Positions 9,849 to 19,162 of a DNA stretch of 64,000 nt are shown here, one piece after another. Position numbers and translations under genes: made by a program. The DNA is from Candidatus Omnitrophota bacterium (lineage in GTDB: Bacteria > Omnitrophota > Gorgyraeia > Gorgyraeales > Gorgyraeaceae). The notes beneath the pieces are model-generated. The model saw only the letters and a program-made list of their open reading frames with translations, had not been told where the DNA came from and made no database searches. The number at the start of each line of letters is the position of its first letter. Position 1 is the stretch's first letter. The DNA is taken from contig JBHPHU010000002.1 in assembly GCA_042571405.1 (NCBI GenBank), positions 2,787-66,786 of the forward strand, given 5' to 3'.

Positions 9849-10913
9849 ATGGATAAGCTTAGAATAGACAGTCATAAGTTAATGTATCACATTGATAGAG
9901 TCGAGAAATGGCAGAAAAATAGACAGGTCTCGCCTATCTACCTTGAGATTGCGCCTTCCGGGGGATGTAACCATCGCTGTGTCTTTTGCGCATTGGATTA
10001 TATAGGATACAAGCCGCAGTTTCTGGACACAGGGGCATTGATGAGGGCGGTTAAAGATGCTGCCCGCTGCGGAGTAAAGAGCATAATGTATGCGGGTGAG
10101 GGCGAACCACTTTTGCATAAAGACATAGCAGATATTGTAAATCGTACAAAGAGATTGGGTATTGATGTTGCCATTACTACGAACGGCGTATTTTTAAATG
10201 ATAAGGTAATAAAGCGTTGCCTCAAAGACCTTTCATGGATAAGGATAAGTTTTAACGCAGCCAGCGCAAAGACATATGAGAAGGTTCATAGATGTCCGAA
10301 GGGTGATTTTGAAAAGACACTTTCTAATCTTAGGCAGGCTGTAGCTTATAAGCGTAAACATAAGTTAGATTGCGTGATCGGCGTACAAATGCTTTTGATC
10401 CCGGAAAATAGAAACGAGGCGCTTAAGCTGGCAAGACTTTTAAAAAAGATAGGCGTGGATTATTTGACAATAAAACCTTTTTCCAAACATCCGATGAGCC
10501 ATTGCAATATGGACAAGGCCTTCAGGTACGGCAGTTTTTTATATCTGGAAAAGGAGCTTGAGAAAATAGCCACAAAAGATTTTGCGATAATATTCCGTTC
10601 GCATACGATGAAGAAGCTGAAGGAAGGTAGATTTTACAGGCATTGTCTGGGGTTGCCTTTTTGGGCTTACATAGACGCGGGAGGCGATGTTTATGCCTGC
10701 AGCGCGTACTTAGGAAATAAGAAATTTATATACGGAAATATCCGTGGACATAGATTTTCAGATATTATAAAGAGCAAAAGACGCAGAGACATTTTAAAAA
10801 TGGCTGCGACAAAACTGGATACGAGCAAGTGCCGCGAGATATGCAGGCTCGATGAGATAAACAGGTATCTCTGGGAACTGAAAAACCCTTCGCCGCATGT
10901 GAATTTTATATAA
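9849..10913 (+). CDS. Radical SAM enzyme with C-terminal SPASM/twitch-like Cys-rich domain
   Basis: CNHRCVFC (CxxxCxxC), GEGEPLL, and C-terminal C..PF...I...G.V..C ... CREIC. Paralog of 15504..16607; both end in HVNFI. Confidence 0.85.
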   Translation: MDKLRIDSHKLMYHIDRVEKWQKNRQVSPIYLEIAPSGGCNHRCVFCALDYIGYKPQFLDTGALMRAVKDAARCGVKSIMYAGEGEPLLHKDIADIVNRTKRLGIDVAITTNGVFLNDKVIKRCLKDLSWIRISFNAASAKTYEKVHRCPKGDFEKTLSNLRQAVAYKRKHKLDCVIGVQMLLIPENRNEALKLARLLKKIGVDYLTIKPFSKHPMSHCNMDKAFRYGSFLYLEKELEKIATKDFAIIFRSHTMKKLKEGRFYRHCLGLPFWAYIDAGGDVYACSAYLGNKKFIYGNIRGHRFSDIIKSKRRRDILKMAATKLDTSKCREICRLDEINRYLWELKNPSPHVNFI

Positions 10914-10927
10914 TTGTATGATAAAAA

Positions 10928-10976
10928 GAAACCACAGAGGACACAGAGATTTTTTAGAATTTTTCTCTGTGACCTC
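10928..10976 (+). repeat. 'CACAGAG' hairpin repeat, copy A
   Basis: GAAACCACAGAGGACACAGAG, then an A/T loop, then TCTCTGTGACCTC. Begins 15 nt after the radical-SAM gene stop. Confidence 0.8.
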
Positions 10977-11131
10977 AAGATAAATGTATTTTATGACACA
11001 ATATAAGTAAATTGAAGATATAGAAAAAATACAATAAAACAAATTTTATAGATTTATAAGTTTTTAGGATTTTATTTTATAAGGTAAGCATCAATAGTGT
11101 TGTTATAAGAAGAAGCTATTTAAATAGAAGA

Positions 11132-11175
11132 GAACACAGAGAAAACCATAAAAACCTCTGTGCTCTCTGTGGTTT
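11132..11175 (-). repeat. 'CACAGAG' hairpin repeat, copy B (inverted relative to A)
   Basis: GAACACAGAG..CCTCTGTGCTCTCTGTGGTTT is the reverse complement of the copy A/C core. Convergent with copy A across about 155 bp of AT-rich spacer. Confidence 0.8.
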
Positions 11176-11180
11176 CATTT

Positions 11181-12155
11181 ATGAAGAAAAAAAAGATCCC
11201 GCAGAAAATTTTGACATGGCTTTTTGAGACAATGCTTAAGATCAGGATGGTCGAGGAGAAGATAATCGAGCTTTATCCTGAGCAGGAGATGCGCTGTCCT
11301 GTACATCTCTGCGTAGGGCAGGAAGCGATTGTTTCAGGTGTCTGCGCAAATCTAAAAAAACGCGATTATGTTTTTAGTAATCACAGGAGCCACGGCCATT
11401 ATATTGCCAATGGTGGCGATTTAAAGGGTTTGATGGCTGAGCTCTATGGTAGGGTTACGGGCTGCTCAAAAGGTAAGGGTGGTTCTATGCATCTTGTGGA
11501 TGTGGAGAATAGTTTTATGGGTAGCTCTGCAATAGTGGGCGGAGGTATTCCTATTGCTGTTGGCGCAGCTCTGGGTTCCCGAATACGCGGAGAAAAGAGG
11601 ATAAGCGTTGTATTTTTTGGTGATGGCGCAGCGGATGAGGGTACTTTTAACGAGAGTTTGAATTTCGCCGCATTGAAGAGATTACCTGTTTTATTTGTAT
11701 GTGAGAATAATTTTTATGCGACAAATTCACCGCAGTCTGCCAGGCACGCAATGGATAATATCTATAAAAAGGGCCTGGTGTATGGAATTGAGGGAGCGAG
11801 AGTGGACGGCAATGATGTTCTAGAGGTTTTTGAGATAGCCAGGGCAGCAGTGGAAAAAATAAGAAAAGGCAAAGGCCCTGCTTTGCTTGAATGCAGGACC
11901 TACAGGTGGAAAGGGCATGTGGGTCCGGATTGTGATTTTGAAAAAGGCTGTAGGCCCAAGGAAGAGCTTGAAATATGGCTTAAGAAGTGCCCCATAGAAA
12001 AATTCGCAAGATCGATTTTGAAAAATAATAACACTTTACAAAAAAATGCGGAGAAGATGCGAAAGAGATTCGAAAAAGAGATCGGAGACGCTGTTTCTTT
12101 TGCGAAAGCCAGTCCGTTTCCGAAAAAACAAGATCTACTGGAGGATGTATATTAA
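11181..12155 (+). CDS. TPP-dependent 2-oxoacid dehydrogenase E1 component, alpha subunit (PDH/acetoin-dehydrogenase type)
   Basis: TPP-binding motif GDGAADEG...LPVLFVCENN. The track start (GTG 11160) lies inside repeat copy B, so ATG 11181 (MKKKKIPQ) is preferred. Confidence 0.85.
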   Translation: MKKKKIPQKILTWLFETMLKIRMVEEKIIELYPEQEMRCPVHLCVGQEAIVSGVCANLKKRDYVFSNHRSHGHYIANGGDLKGLMAELYGRVTGCSKGKGGSMHLVDVENSFMGSSAIVGGGIPIAVGAALGSRIRGEKRISVVFFGDGAADEGTFNESLNFAALKRLPVLFVCENNFYATNSPQSARHAMDNIYKKGLVYGIEGARVDGNDVLEVFEIARAAVEKIRKGKGPALLECRTYRWKGHVGPDCDFEKGCRPKEELEIWLKKCPIEKFARSILKNNNTLQKNAEKMRKRFEKEIGDAVSFAKASPFPKKQDLLEDVY

Positions 12156-13204
12156 TGCCTTGGACAAAGGTCTATCCTGACAGGACAGAGTTTGATAAGG
12201 CCTGCAAAGGCCAGGGTAAGACCCTGCGAGGCCTTACATATAGAGAGGCCATAAAAGAGGCAACCACTCTGGCATTGCAAGAAGATGACAGGGTTTTTTT
12301 AATAGGCGAGGGAATAGATGATGCAGGCGGTGTATTTGGCACTACCAAGGACCTGCATAAAAAATTCGGAAGATCCAGAGTGATTGATATACCCATCGCG
12401 GAGAATGCCATGACTGGTGTCGCGATAGGCGCGGCAATCGCGGGCACAAAACCCATATTTATTCATATGAGGGTAGATTTTTTGCCGATGTCAATGGATC
12501 AGATAGTGAACCATCTCGCGAAATGGAGTTATATGTTCGGCGCAAAGGTCAAGATACCATTGACCATAAGATCCATAATAGGGCGGGGCTGGGGTTCTGC
12601 TGCGCAGCATTCGCAGAGCTTGCAGGCATTGTTCATGCATGTACCTGGGTTAAAGGTTGCGATGCCATCTACACCTTATGATGTCAAAGGCCTGTTACTC
12701 TCTAGCATAAAAGGTAATTGCCCTGTGATTTTTATAGAGCACAGGTGGCTATATGAACATGTGGGTTATGTGCCGGAAGGGATTTACACAGTACCTTTTG
12801 GCAAGGGCTTAGTGCGCAGGGCCGGGAATGATGTTACTCTCGTGGGGATTTCTTATATGTTGTTCGAATCTTTAAAGGCGCAGGAGATATTATCTAAAGA
12901 AGGTGTAAGCGTTGAAGTAATAGACCCGCGCACATTAAATCCTTTGGACGAGGAATTAATCATCGAGTCGGTTAAAAAGACAGGCAGGCTGGTCATAGCT
13001 GATACTGGCTGGAAAAATTGCGGCTCATCAGCTGAGATAAGCGCGCGTGTATCAGAAAAGGCATTTGAACATCTGAGAGCGCCAATTGCAAGAATTGGTT
13101 TGCCTGAAGCGCCCACGCCCGCGTCTCCTGCCCTGGAAAAAGAATTTTACCCAGGTGCAAAAGATATAGTAAGCGCTATCAAGCAAAATCTAGCTTTTCG
13201 CTAG
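12155..13204 (+). CDS. TPP-dependent dehydrogenase E1 component, beta subunit (transketolase-like)
   Basis: Pyrimidine-binding and C-terminal transketolase-like domains (IDIPIAENAMTG, VIDPRTLNPLD). Start overlaps the alpha-subunit stop. Confidence 0.88.
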   Translation: MPWTKVYPDRTEFDKACKGQGKTLRGLTYREAIKEATTLALQEDDRVFLIGEGIDDAGGVFGTTKDLHKKFGRSRVIDIPIAENAMTGVAIGAAIAGTKPIFIHMRVDFLPMSMDQIVNHLAKWSYMFGAKVKIPLTIRSIIGRGWGSAAQHSQSLQALFMHVPGLKVAMPSTPYDVKGLLLSSIKGNCPVIFIEHRWLYEHVGYVPEGIYTVPFGKGLVRRAGNDVTLVGISYMLFESLKAQEILSKEGVSVEVIDPRTLNPLDEELIIESVKKTGRLVIADTGWKNCGSSAEISARVSEKAFEHLRAPIARIGLPEAPTPASPALEKEFYPGAKDIVSAIKQNLAFR

Positions 13205-13230
13205 ATTTTGCGCAGACCTCGCCACGCTTT

Positions 13231-14703
13231 TTGGCGGGTCAGGAAAGTCATGAAGGGGCCGTTTTGAAGATAGCATTTTTACAGGAAACAGTTAATCAGA
13301 ATGTCGGAATAATGTATCTTTCAGCTCTCTTGAAAAGAAAAGGGTACCATTGCGAACTATTTGTAAAATCCCTTGAGAGAAATAATTTTTCCAGAGCAGT
13401 CAGTTCTTATGAGCCGGATATCCTGGGTTTTAGTGTTATCACTGGCTCTCATCATTGGGCCCTGGATACAGCCAGGCATTTCAAGAGATCACTGCCTAAT
13501 GTGTTAGTAATTTTCGGAGGGCCTCACCCTACCTATTTTCCGGAAATAGTAAATGAAGAAATGGTAGATGTTATCGCGCGCGGGGAGTCTGAGGTTTCTT
13601 TCCCTGAATTGGCGAAGAGAGTGGAAGAAGGGAGAGACTTTTCTGATATTCTGGGTCTATGGGTGAATAAAGGTGGTCATGTGCACAGAAATGATGTCGC
13701 CCCTTTAGTGGAAGATCTCTCGTCATTGCCTCATCCTGATCATTCCCTATACTTGAAATACGGATTTTACAAGGAGCAGACAGAGGTCCCTTTCAGTACC
13801 ATACGCGGATGTCCTTTTAAGTGCGCTTTTTGTTATAATCATACCAAGGCCGGACTCTATCGCGGCAAGGGCCGTTTTGTGCGCACCAGAGAGGTAAGAG
13901 ATGTGATAGAAGAGATGAGAGCGGCTCGCCATCTCTATCCGAATATGCAAACAGTCATTCTTTATGATGACATTGTCGGGATGAATAAAGAATGGCTTGT
14001 CAGATTTTGCGATGAATATATAAAGTATATTGATATGCCCTGGTTTACCAGTTTAAGACCTGATATGGCCGATGAATCTATAATCAAGAAAATGTCAGAG
14101 GCAAAGTGTTTCTGTCTTTCAATGGGCGTTGAGACAGGGGATGAGGAGCTAAGGAGTAGGATATTATGCAAGAAGATACCCAACTCTAAATACATCGAGG
14201 TCGCAGGCCTTATCCATAAATTCGGAATAAAGGTCAGGACATCAAATATGTTCTTTCTACCCGGAGAGGATATCCAAAAGGCCATTAAAACCGTTGAGAT
14301 CAATCGTCAGATGGCGACTGATTTTGCGTGGGGTTATACACTGCAACCATACCCAGGCACAGATATACATGAATATTCTGTAAAAAACGGCTATCTTTCT
14401 CCAGACTTTCAATTTGATGATATAGATCCATTGGGTCTCACCAAACAGATTGTAGAGACGAAGGATAAAAATAAGATTACTGTTTTGCATCGCCTCTTTC
14501 AGTTAGCCGTACATAACGGGTTTATATACAGGATGATCAAAAACCTGGTTATTATTCCTCCTAATCCTGTGTTTGATTTTCTATATTATTATTCGTTGAT
14601 CGCGAGTTATTCCAGGTATCATAATGTGAGTTTCTGGCGCGCGCTTTCTGTAGCATGGAGTAATTACATGGAGACCAGAAAAAAGAGCAGGGCCTTTGCG
14701 TGA
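13231..14703 (+). CDS. B12-binding-domain radical SAM enzyme (class B, methyltransferase-like)
   Basis: N-terminal cobalamin-binding-like domain (IAFLQE..GIMYLSALLKRKGY, DILGFSV) plus RGCPFKCAFC. Start is uncertain: TTG 13231 or TTG 13264. Confidence 0.8.
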   Translation: MAGQESHEGAVLKIAFLQETVNQNVGIMYLSALLKRKGYHCELFVKSLERNNFSRAVSSYEPDILGFSVITGSHHWALDTARHFKRSLPNVLVIFGGPHPTYFPEIVNEEMVDVIARGESEVSFPELAKRVEEGRDFSDILGLWVNKGGHVHRNDVAPLVEDLSSLPHPDHSLYLKYGFYKEQTEVPFSTIRGCPFKCAFCYNHTKAGLYRGKGRFVRTREVRDVIEEMRAARHLYPNMQTVILYDDIVGMNKEWLVRFCDEYIKYIDMPWFTSLRPDMADESIIKKMSEAKCFCLSMGVETGDEELRSRILCKKIPNSKYIEVAGLIHKFGIKVRTSNMFFLPGEDIQKAIKTVEINRQMATDFAWGYTLQPYPGTDIHEYSVKNGYLSPDFQFDDIDPLGLTKQIVETKDKNKITVLHRLFQLAVHNGFIYRMIKNLVIIPPNPVFDFLYYYSLIASYSRYHNVSFWRALSVAWSNYMETRKKSRAFA

Positions 14704-14733
14704 GCATCGGGTCTGAACAGGAGATATAATTAA

Positions 14734-15507
14734 GTGAATTCGTCTAAATTTTTCATGAGTATTGTAATGCCTACACTGAACGAGGAGAGCAACATCAGAG
14801 CCGCTATTGAAAGGACGCTGTCAGCGTTTGATAGTTTCAGTATAGACGGGGAGCTCATCGTAATCAATGATGGCAGCACGGACAGTACTTCCCGCATAGT
14901 CAGTGAAAAAATAAAAGGCGATAATCGCGTCAGGGTAATAAATCACAAGAGTCCACAGGGTATGGGCGCGAGTTTTTGGGATGGGGTCGACATGGCCAGG
15001 GGTGATATCGTGACTATGCTTCCGGGAGATAATGAGAATGATCCTTCTGAGACGTTGTGTTATGCCGGCTTAATGGATGATGTTGATATTGTCATTCCGT
15101 TTGCTTACAATAAAGAGGTGCGCAGCTTTTTCAGAAATTTTCTGTCAGATTTGTATCGTTTTATTATAAACCTGACGTTCATGACAAGTTTTAACCACAC
15201 TAACAGCACGGTTATTTGTCGTAAATCCATATTAAAGCAATTATCTCACAGGGATAGCAGCTTTTTTTATCAAACAGACATATTGATAAGGTCCGCCAAG
15301 ATGGGCTATCTTTTCTGCGAGGTGCCTTATCGTCTCGGATTAAGGGATACGGGAAGATCAAAGGCAACTTCATTCTCATCATTGTGCCAGATAATAAAGG
15401 GGTATATCGGATTGGTAAAAGATGTCTATTTTAAAAGAAAAAGAAAGCATGAGTTCACGGCTGATTCCCTGACTCTAAAACGATATAAGGGCAAGAGTGA
15501 GAAATGA
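14734..15507 (+). CDS. Family 2 glycosyltransferase (polyprenyl-phosphate sugar synthase-like)
   Basis: SIVMPTLNEE...VINDGSTD...LPGDNE (DxD). Alternative start is ATG 14755. Confidence 0.82.
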   Translation: MNSSKFFMSIVMPTLNEESNIRAAIERTLSAFDSFSIDGELIVINDGSTDSTSRIVSEKIKGDNRVRVINHKSPQGMGASFWDGVDMARGDIVTMLPGDNENDPSETLCYAGLMDDVDIVIPFAYNKEVRSFFRNFLSDLYRFIINLTFMTSFNHTNSTVICRKSILKQLSHRDSSFFYQTDILIRSAKMGYLFCEVPYRLGLRDTGRSKATSFSSLCQIIKGYIGLVKDVYFKRKRKHEFTADSLTLKRYKGKSEK

Positions 15508-16607
15508 GCGGACTAGTGTTGGACGGACATAAGCTACTCTGGCATAAAGACCGGGTGGATGCATGGTTGAGGGGGGAGAGGATAGCCCCGATTACTATGG
15601 ACTGCGCGCTGACAAGACGCTGTACTTACAAATGCGTCTATTGTTACGGCCAGCTGCAGGCCAATGACGAGAAGAGAATGACCAGGGACGTCATCTTTCG
15701 ATTTCTGGACGATGCGGCTGAGATAGGCGTAAAGGCTATAAGTTTTGTCAGTGACGGAGAAAGTAGTTGTTCGCCGCATCTATACGATGCCATAGCAAGA
15801 GGCAAAGCAAATGGACTTGATATGGCGCTTGGCACAAATGGCTATCTTTTGAAAGAGCATGGATTGGAAAAAGCCCTGACAGAGCTTACATATCTGAGAT
15901 TTAATGTTTCAGCCGGAGAGCCTGACAGGTATGCCGAGATCATGGGATGCAAGAAAGAATGTTTTCATAAGGTCCGCGACATCATAAAGAAATGCGTAAG
16001 CATAAAAAAGGAAAAAAAATTAGATGTTACGCTTGGTTTACAAATGGTGCTGATGCCTGAATTCGCGGATCAGATAATTCCCGTTGTAATGCTTGGCAGG
16101 GAATTGGGCGTTGACTATGTAATTATAAAACACTGCAGTGATGATGAGACTGGCGCCCTGGGAGTTGATTATTCTAAGTATGAGAAGTTGACGGATTTAT
16201 TGAAAGAGGCAGAGGCGCATTCACAGCCTGGGTATTTAGTAAAGGCGAAATGGTCAAAGATCTTAAGTAAGGGCAGGCGCAGGTATTCTCAATGTTATGG
16301 CCCGCCTTTTATCATACAGCTTTCCGGTTCGGGTCTTGTAGCGCCATGCGGCATGTTGTTTAACACAAAATACAAAAAATATCATATAGGCAATATCGCT
16401 GATACATCATTTAAACAGCTTTGGGAGAGCAAACGTTACTGGGATATCATGGATCTAATCGCTTCCAGGGAATTTGACGCCAAGACAATGTGCGGTACTC
16501 TATGTCTTCAACACAAGGTCAATGAATTTTTGTGGGACTTGAAAAATGAAAAGGTTGATTCAGAAGACGTGAAAGGCCAAGAGCCTATGCATGTCAATTT
16601 TATTTAG
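15504..16607 (+). CDS. Radical SAM enzyme with SPASM/twitch-like C-terminal domain (paralog of 9849..10913)
   Basis: CTYKCVYC, SDGESS, and C..PF....SGSG.V.PC ... MCGTLC. Shares the N-terminal 'HKL.(W/Y)H.DRV..W' and C-terminal 'HVNFI' with its paralog. Confidence 0.85.
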   Translation: MSGLVLDGHKLLWHKDRVDAWLRGERIAPITMDCALTRRCTYKCVYCYGQLQANDEKRMTRDVIFRFLDDAAEIGVKAISFVSDGESSCSPHLYDAIARGKANGLDMALGTNGYLLKEHGLEKALTELTYLRFNVSAGEPDRYAEIMGCKKECFHKVRDIIKKCVSIKKEKKLDVTLGLQMVLMPEFADQIIPVVMLGRELGVDYVIIKHCSDDETGALGVDYSKYEKLTDLLKEAEAHSQPGYLVKAKWSKILSKGRRRYSQCYGPPFIIQLSGSGLVAPCGMLFNTKYKKYHIGNIADTSFKQLWESKRYWDIMDLIASREFDAKTMCGTLCLQHKVNEFLWDLKNEKVDSEDVKGQEPMHVNFI

Positions 16608-16654
16608 CTGTACAGACGCGTTGTCTGCCGGAGGCAGACAACGCGTCTGTACAG
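16608..16654. repeat. 22-bp-stem perfect palindrome ('CTGTACAGACGCG' family, copy 1); probable terminator or REP-like element
   Basis: CTGTACAGACGCGTTGTCTGCC-gga-GGCAGACAACGCGTCTGTACAG starts at the base immediately after the stop codon of 15504..16607. No T-tract follows. Confidence 0.85.
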
Positions 16655-16664
16655 GGTCTAATTT

Positions 16665-17519
16665 ATGAAAGATATTATCATACCTAAAACCTATAATTAT
16701 ACAGCTATTTTTTTGACGCTAGCGTGCAATTACCGCTGCAGCTATTGCATAAATTATTTTGAAAACGGGAAATTCGATAAAAGAATTATAAGTGGTAAAG
16801 AATGGGTAGAGGGTCTTAATAGGATTATTTCACGTGATGACCTACCTATTACTCTGCAAGGAGGAGAGCCGACCTTACACAGGGATTTTATTTATATCGT
16901 GAATAATATAAAGCCGTCATTAAAAATAGACATGCTTACGAACATACAGTTTGACGTGGATAAATTTATAAAAGAAGTCAAACCCGGTAAGCTAAAGAGG
17001 GACGCGCCTTATGCCTCTATCAGAGTCAGTTTTCATCCTGAGGTCATGCGCCTGGATGAGACGCTTTTAAAGGTCTTAAAGATGCAGGATGCCGGGTTTA
17101 GTATTGGCATCTGGGGTGTGCTCCATCCTTTACAAAAAGACATTATCCTGAGGGCTCAAGAGAAGGCAAAGGGTATGGGCATAGATTTCAGGACAAAGGA
17201 ATTTTTAGGAGATTACGGCGAAGCGCTTCACGGCACTTATAGATATGAAGGCGCATGCGATAAAAAATTCAGAAAGAATTGCATGTGCAGGACCACGGAA
17301 TTTATAATCGGGCCTTCTGGCGCGGTATACAGGTGTCACAGTGACTTATACGAGGGCCGTAAGAGTGTAGGCAGTATTCTGGATCCTGAATTTGAGTTAG
17401 AATACGCGTTCAGGCCATGTGATTGGTTTGGCTATTGCAATCCTTGTGATATAAAGGTGAAGACAAACAGGTTTCAGAAGTTTGGGCATACCTCCGCGGA
17501 GGTAAAGGATATAAAGTGA
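16665..17519 (+). CDS. Radical SAM enzyme (small, single-domain)
   Basis: CNYRCSYC cluster motif, LQGGEPTLH, and additional C-terminal cysteines. Confidence 0.8.
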   Translation: MKDIIIPKTYNYTAIFLTLACNYRCSYCINYFENGKFDKRIISGKEWVEGLNRIISRDDLPITLQGGEPTLHRDFIYIVNNIKPSLKIDMLTNIQFDVDKFIKEVKPGKLKRDAPYASIRVSFHPEVMRLDETLLKVLKMQDAGFSIGIWGVLHPLQKDIILRAQEKAKGMGIDFRTKEFLGDYGEALHGTYRYEGACDKKFRKNCMCRTTEFIIGPSGAVYRCHSDLYEGRKSVGSILDPEFELEYAFRPCDWFGYCNPCDIKVKTNRFQKFGHTSAEVKDIK

Positions 17520-19162
17520 AGAGATCCCGCATCTTGGATTATATATTGTTAGCGTCTCTGGTGTCATTTATCACCATTCAACCGCATTTTATGCATGGCG
17601 CGATAAATTTCTATGAAACAGGACTGTATCTTCCCAGCATAAGCCAGTTGTTTCACGGAGCTATACCTTATAAAGATATGTTTGTTATGAGAGGGCCTCT
17701 GGAAATATTGATGCCGGCGTTTTTAATGAGCGTGCTTGGTAAACATATAGGTGTATTAAACGCCTATTTTTATTTTGGCACAGTTTTGACCCTTATAATC
17801 TATGCGTTTTTCGCTTTAAGGATTTTCAATACAAGGGGGTTCGCTTATCTCTTTACTATGGTTTTGACGGCCAGGACTTTTCCAAGAGTTACTTTTAATA
17901 TGTGGGGCGGGATAAGGTTTGGTCTGGGAATATTGGCCTTACTTTTAGCCGTAAATTTTTTAAGGAAGAAAAGGAAAACATGGTTATTGATGGCTGGTAT
18001 TGTCTCTGGTCTTGCGTTCTGGACAAGTTTTGAGATAGGGACGTTCAGTTTTGTTGCGATATTCGCGATGCTCGGATTTTTAGGATATTTCGAAAAGGAT
18101 GTAAAGGTTTTTGCAAAAGGACTGTTTACATATGCACTCGGAAGCTTTTTAGTTTTTATACCTTTCTTGTTGTACCTGCTTTTAAACAAAGCATTTTTAA
18201 GCTATAGCTCTACCTTAAAGGTAGTTTTAACGGGGATGACAGATGTGTTTGATGCCTCGCTCAGCTTTGAAACGCCTAGAAATTTTAAGGAGTTTTTATT
18301 CGCGTTGTCTCCTTTGAACCATAGCTTTAAATATACTTTGCCTTTTTTATTTTATCTTTCCATCGGGGTATATCAGCTAAGAAGGATCTTGAGGAAAAAT
18401 TTTTCAATAAAGGACCTCTCTATCACCCCTTTATTTATTTACGGTGTTTTCTTGTATCAGGGTTCATTCAGAGATATTGAAGGACCACAGTACAGGATGG
18501 CGTTACAACCTGTACTGCTCATAATGTTTTTCTATCTCGAAAGGCTGTATGTCCATGTTAAAAATATGAAATATGCCAATGGTTTTAAAAAGGCCGTCGC
18601 GTTTTTCTTCATTATAATGGTGCCATTTTATTCGGTAATGTTCTCTCTCTATAAATACAACAAGAGATTTTTTATTTTTAGAGAGATAAAAAGTTATGTA
18701 AAAGATAAAAGACCTCTTGATATTCCTTATGCTGGCCCGGAACCTCGCGCGATCACATCTATTCGCGCAAAGGGCGTAATAGTGCCTATGCACCAGGCAG
18801 AAGAAATAGACGGGGTCGTGGAATATATAATCTCGAATACTAAAAGAGATGACACAGTGTTTACATTTCCTGATATGGGCACTTATAATTTTCTTACTGA
18901 CAGGCCTCCTCTGGGGAAGTTTTATGCGGCAGAGCTATCTTTCTTTCATCCGGAATGGTTTGAAGAAATGATGACGGAATTAAGGGGTAAAAGGCCAGAA
19001 TTTGTTATCTGCGCCAAATATCTTTCAAGGCTCGAACAGTTTAGGCCGACAGTCGGAGCATATATTGACGAGGTAATGGAGTTTTTGGATAATAACTACG
19101 AGATAGCAAGGGAATATGATAAGGTCAATGTACTTAAACTCAAGGAAGACGCGGGGTATTAA
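17516..19162 (+). CDS. Polytopic membrane protein with C-terminal soluble domain (GT-C/ArnT-like glycosyltransferase or glycan polymerase candidate)
   Basis: At least 10 hydrophobic segments across about 380 aa, then a hydrophilic tail of about 160 aa. Sits in a glycan cluster. The functional assignment is inferred. Confidence 0.5.
   Translation: MKRSRILDYILLASLVSFITIQPHFMHGAINFYETGLYLPSISQLFHGAIPYKDMFVMRGPLEILMPAFLMSVLGKHIGVLNAYFYFGTVLTLIIYAFFALRIFNTRGFAYLFTMVLTARTFPRVTFNMWGGIRFGLGILALLLAVNFLRKKRKTWLLMAGIVSGLAFWTSFEIGTFSFVAIFAMLGFLGYFEKDVKVFAKGLFTYALGSFLVFIPFLLYLLLNKAFLSYSSTLKVVLTGMTDVFDASLSFETPRNFKEFLFALSPLNHSFKYTLPFLFYLSIGVYQLRRILRKNFSIKDLSITPLFIYGVFLYQGSFRDIEGPQYRMALQPVLLIMFFYLERLYVHVKNMKYANGFKKAVAFFFIIMVPFYSVMFSLYKYNKRFFIFREIKSYVKDKRPLDIPYAGPEPRAITSIRAKGVIVPMHQAEEIDGVVEYIISNTKRDDTVFTFPDMGTYNFLTDRPPLGKFYAAELSFFHPEWFEEMMTELRGKRPEFVICAKYLSRLEQFRPTVGAYIDEVMEFLDNNYEIAREYDKVNVLKLKEDAGY

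Noticed and set aside
9629-9856. Track ORFs 9629..9856 (+, 75 aa) and 9648..9839 (-, 63 aa)
   Set aside because: They are mirror-image ORFs created by the 32-bp inverted repeat: the same peptide 'HPAQYLWR...GTELGG' appears on both strands. They have no RBS and are explained by the palindromic element.
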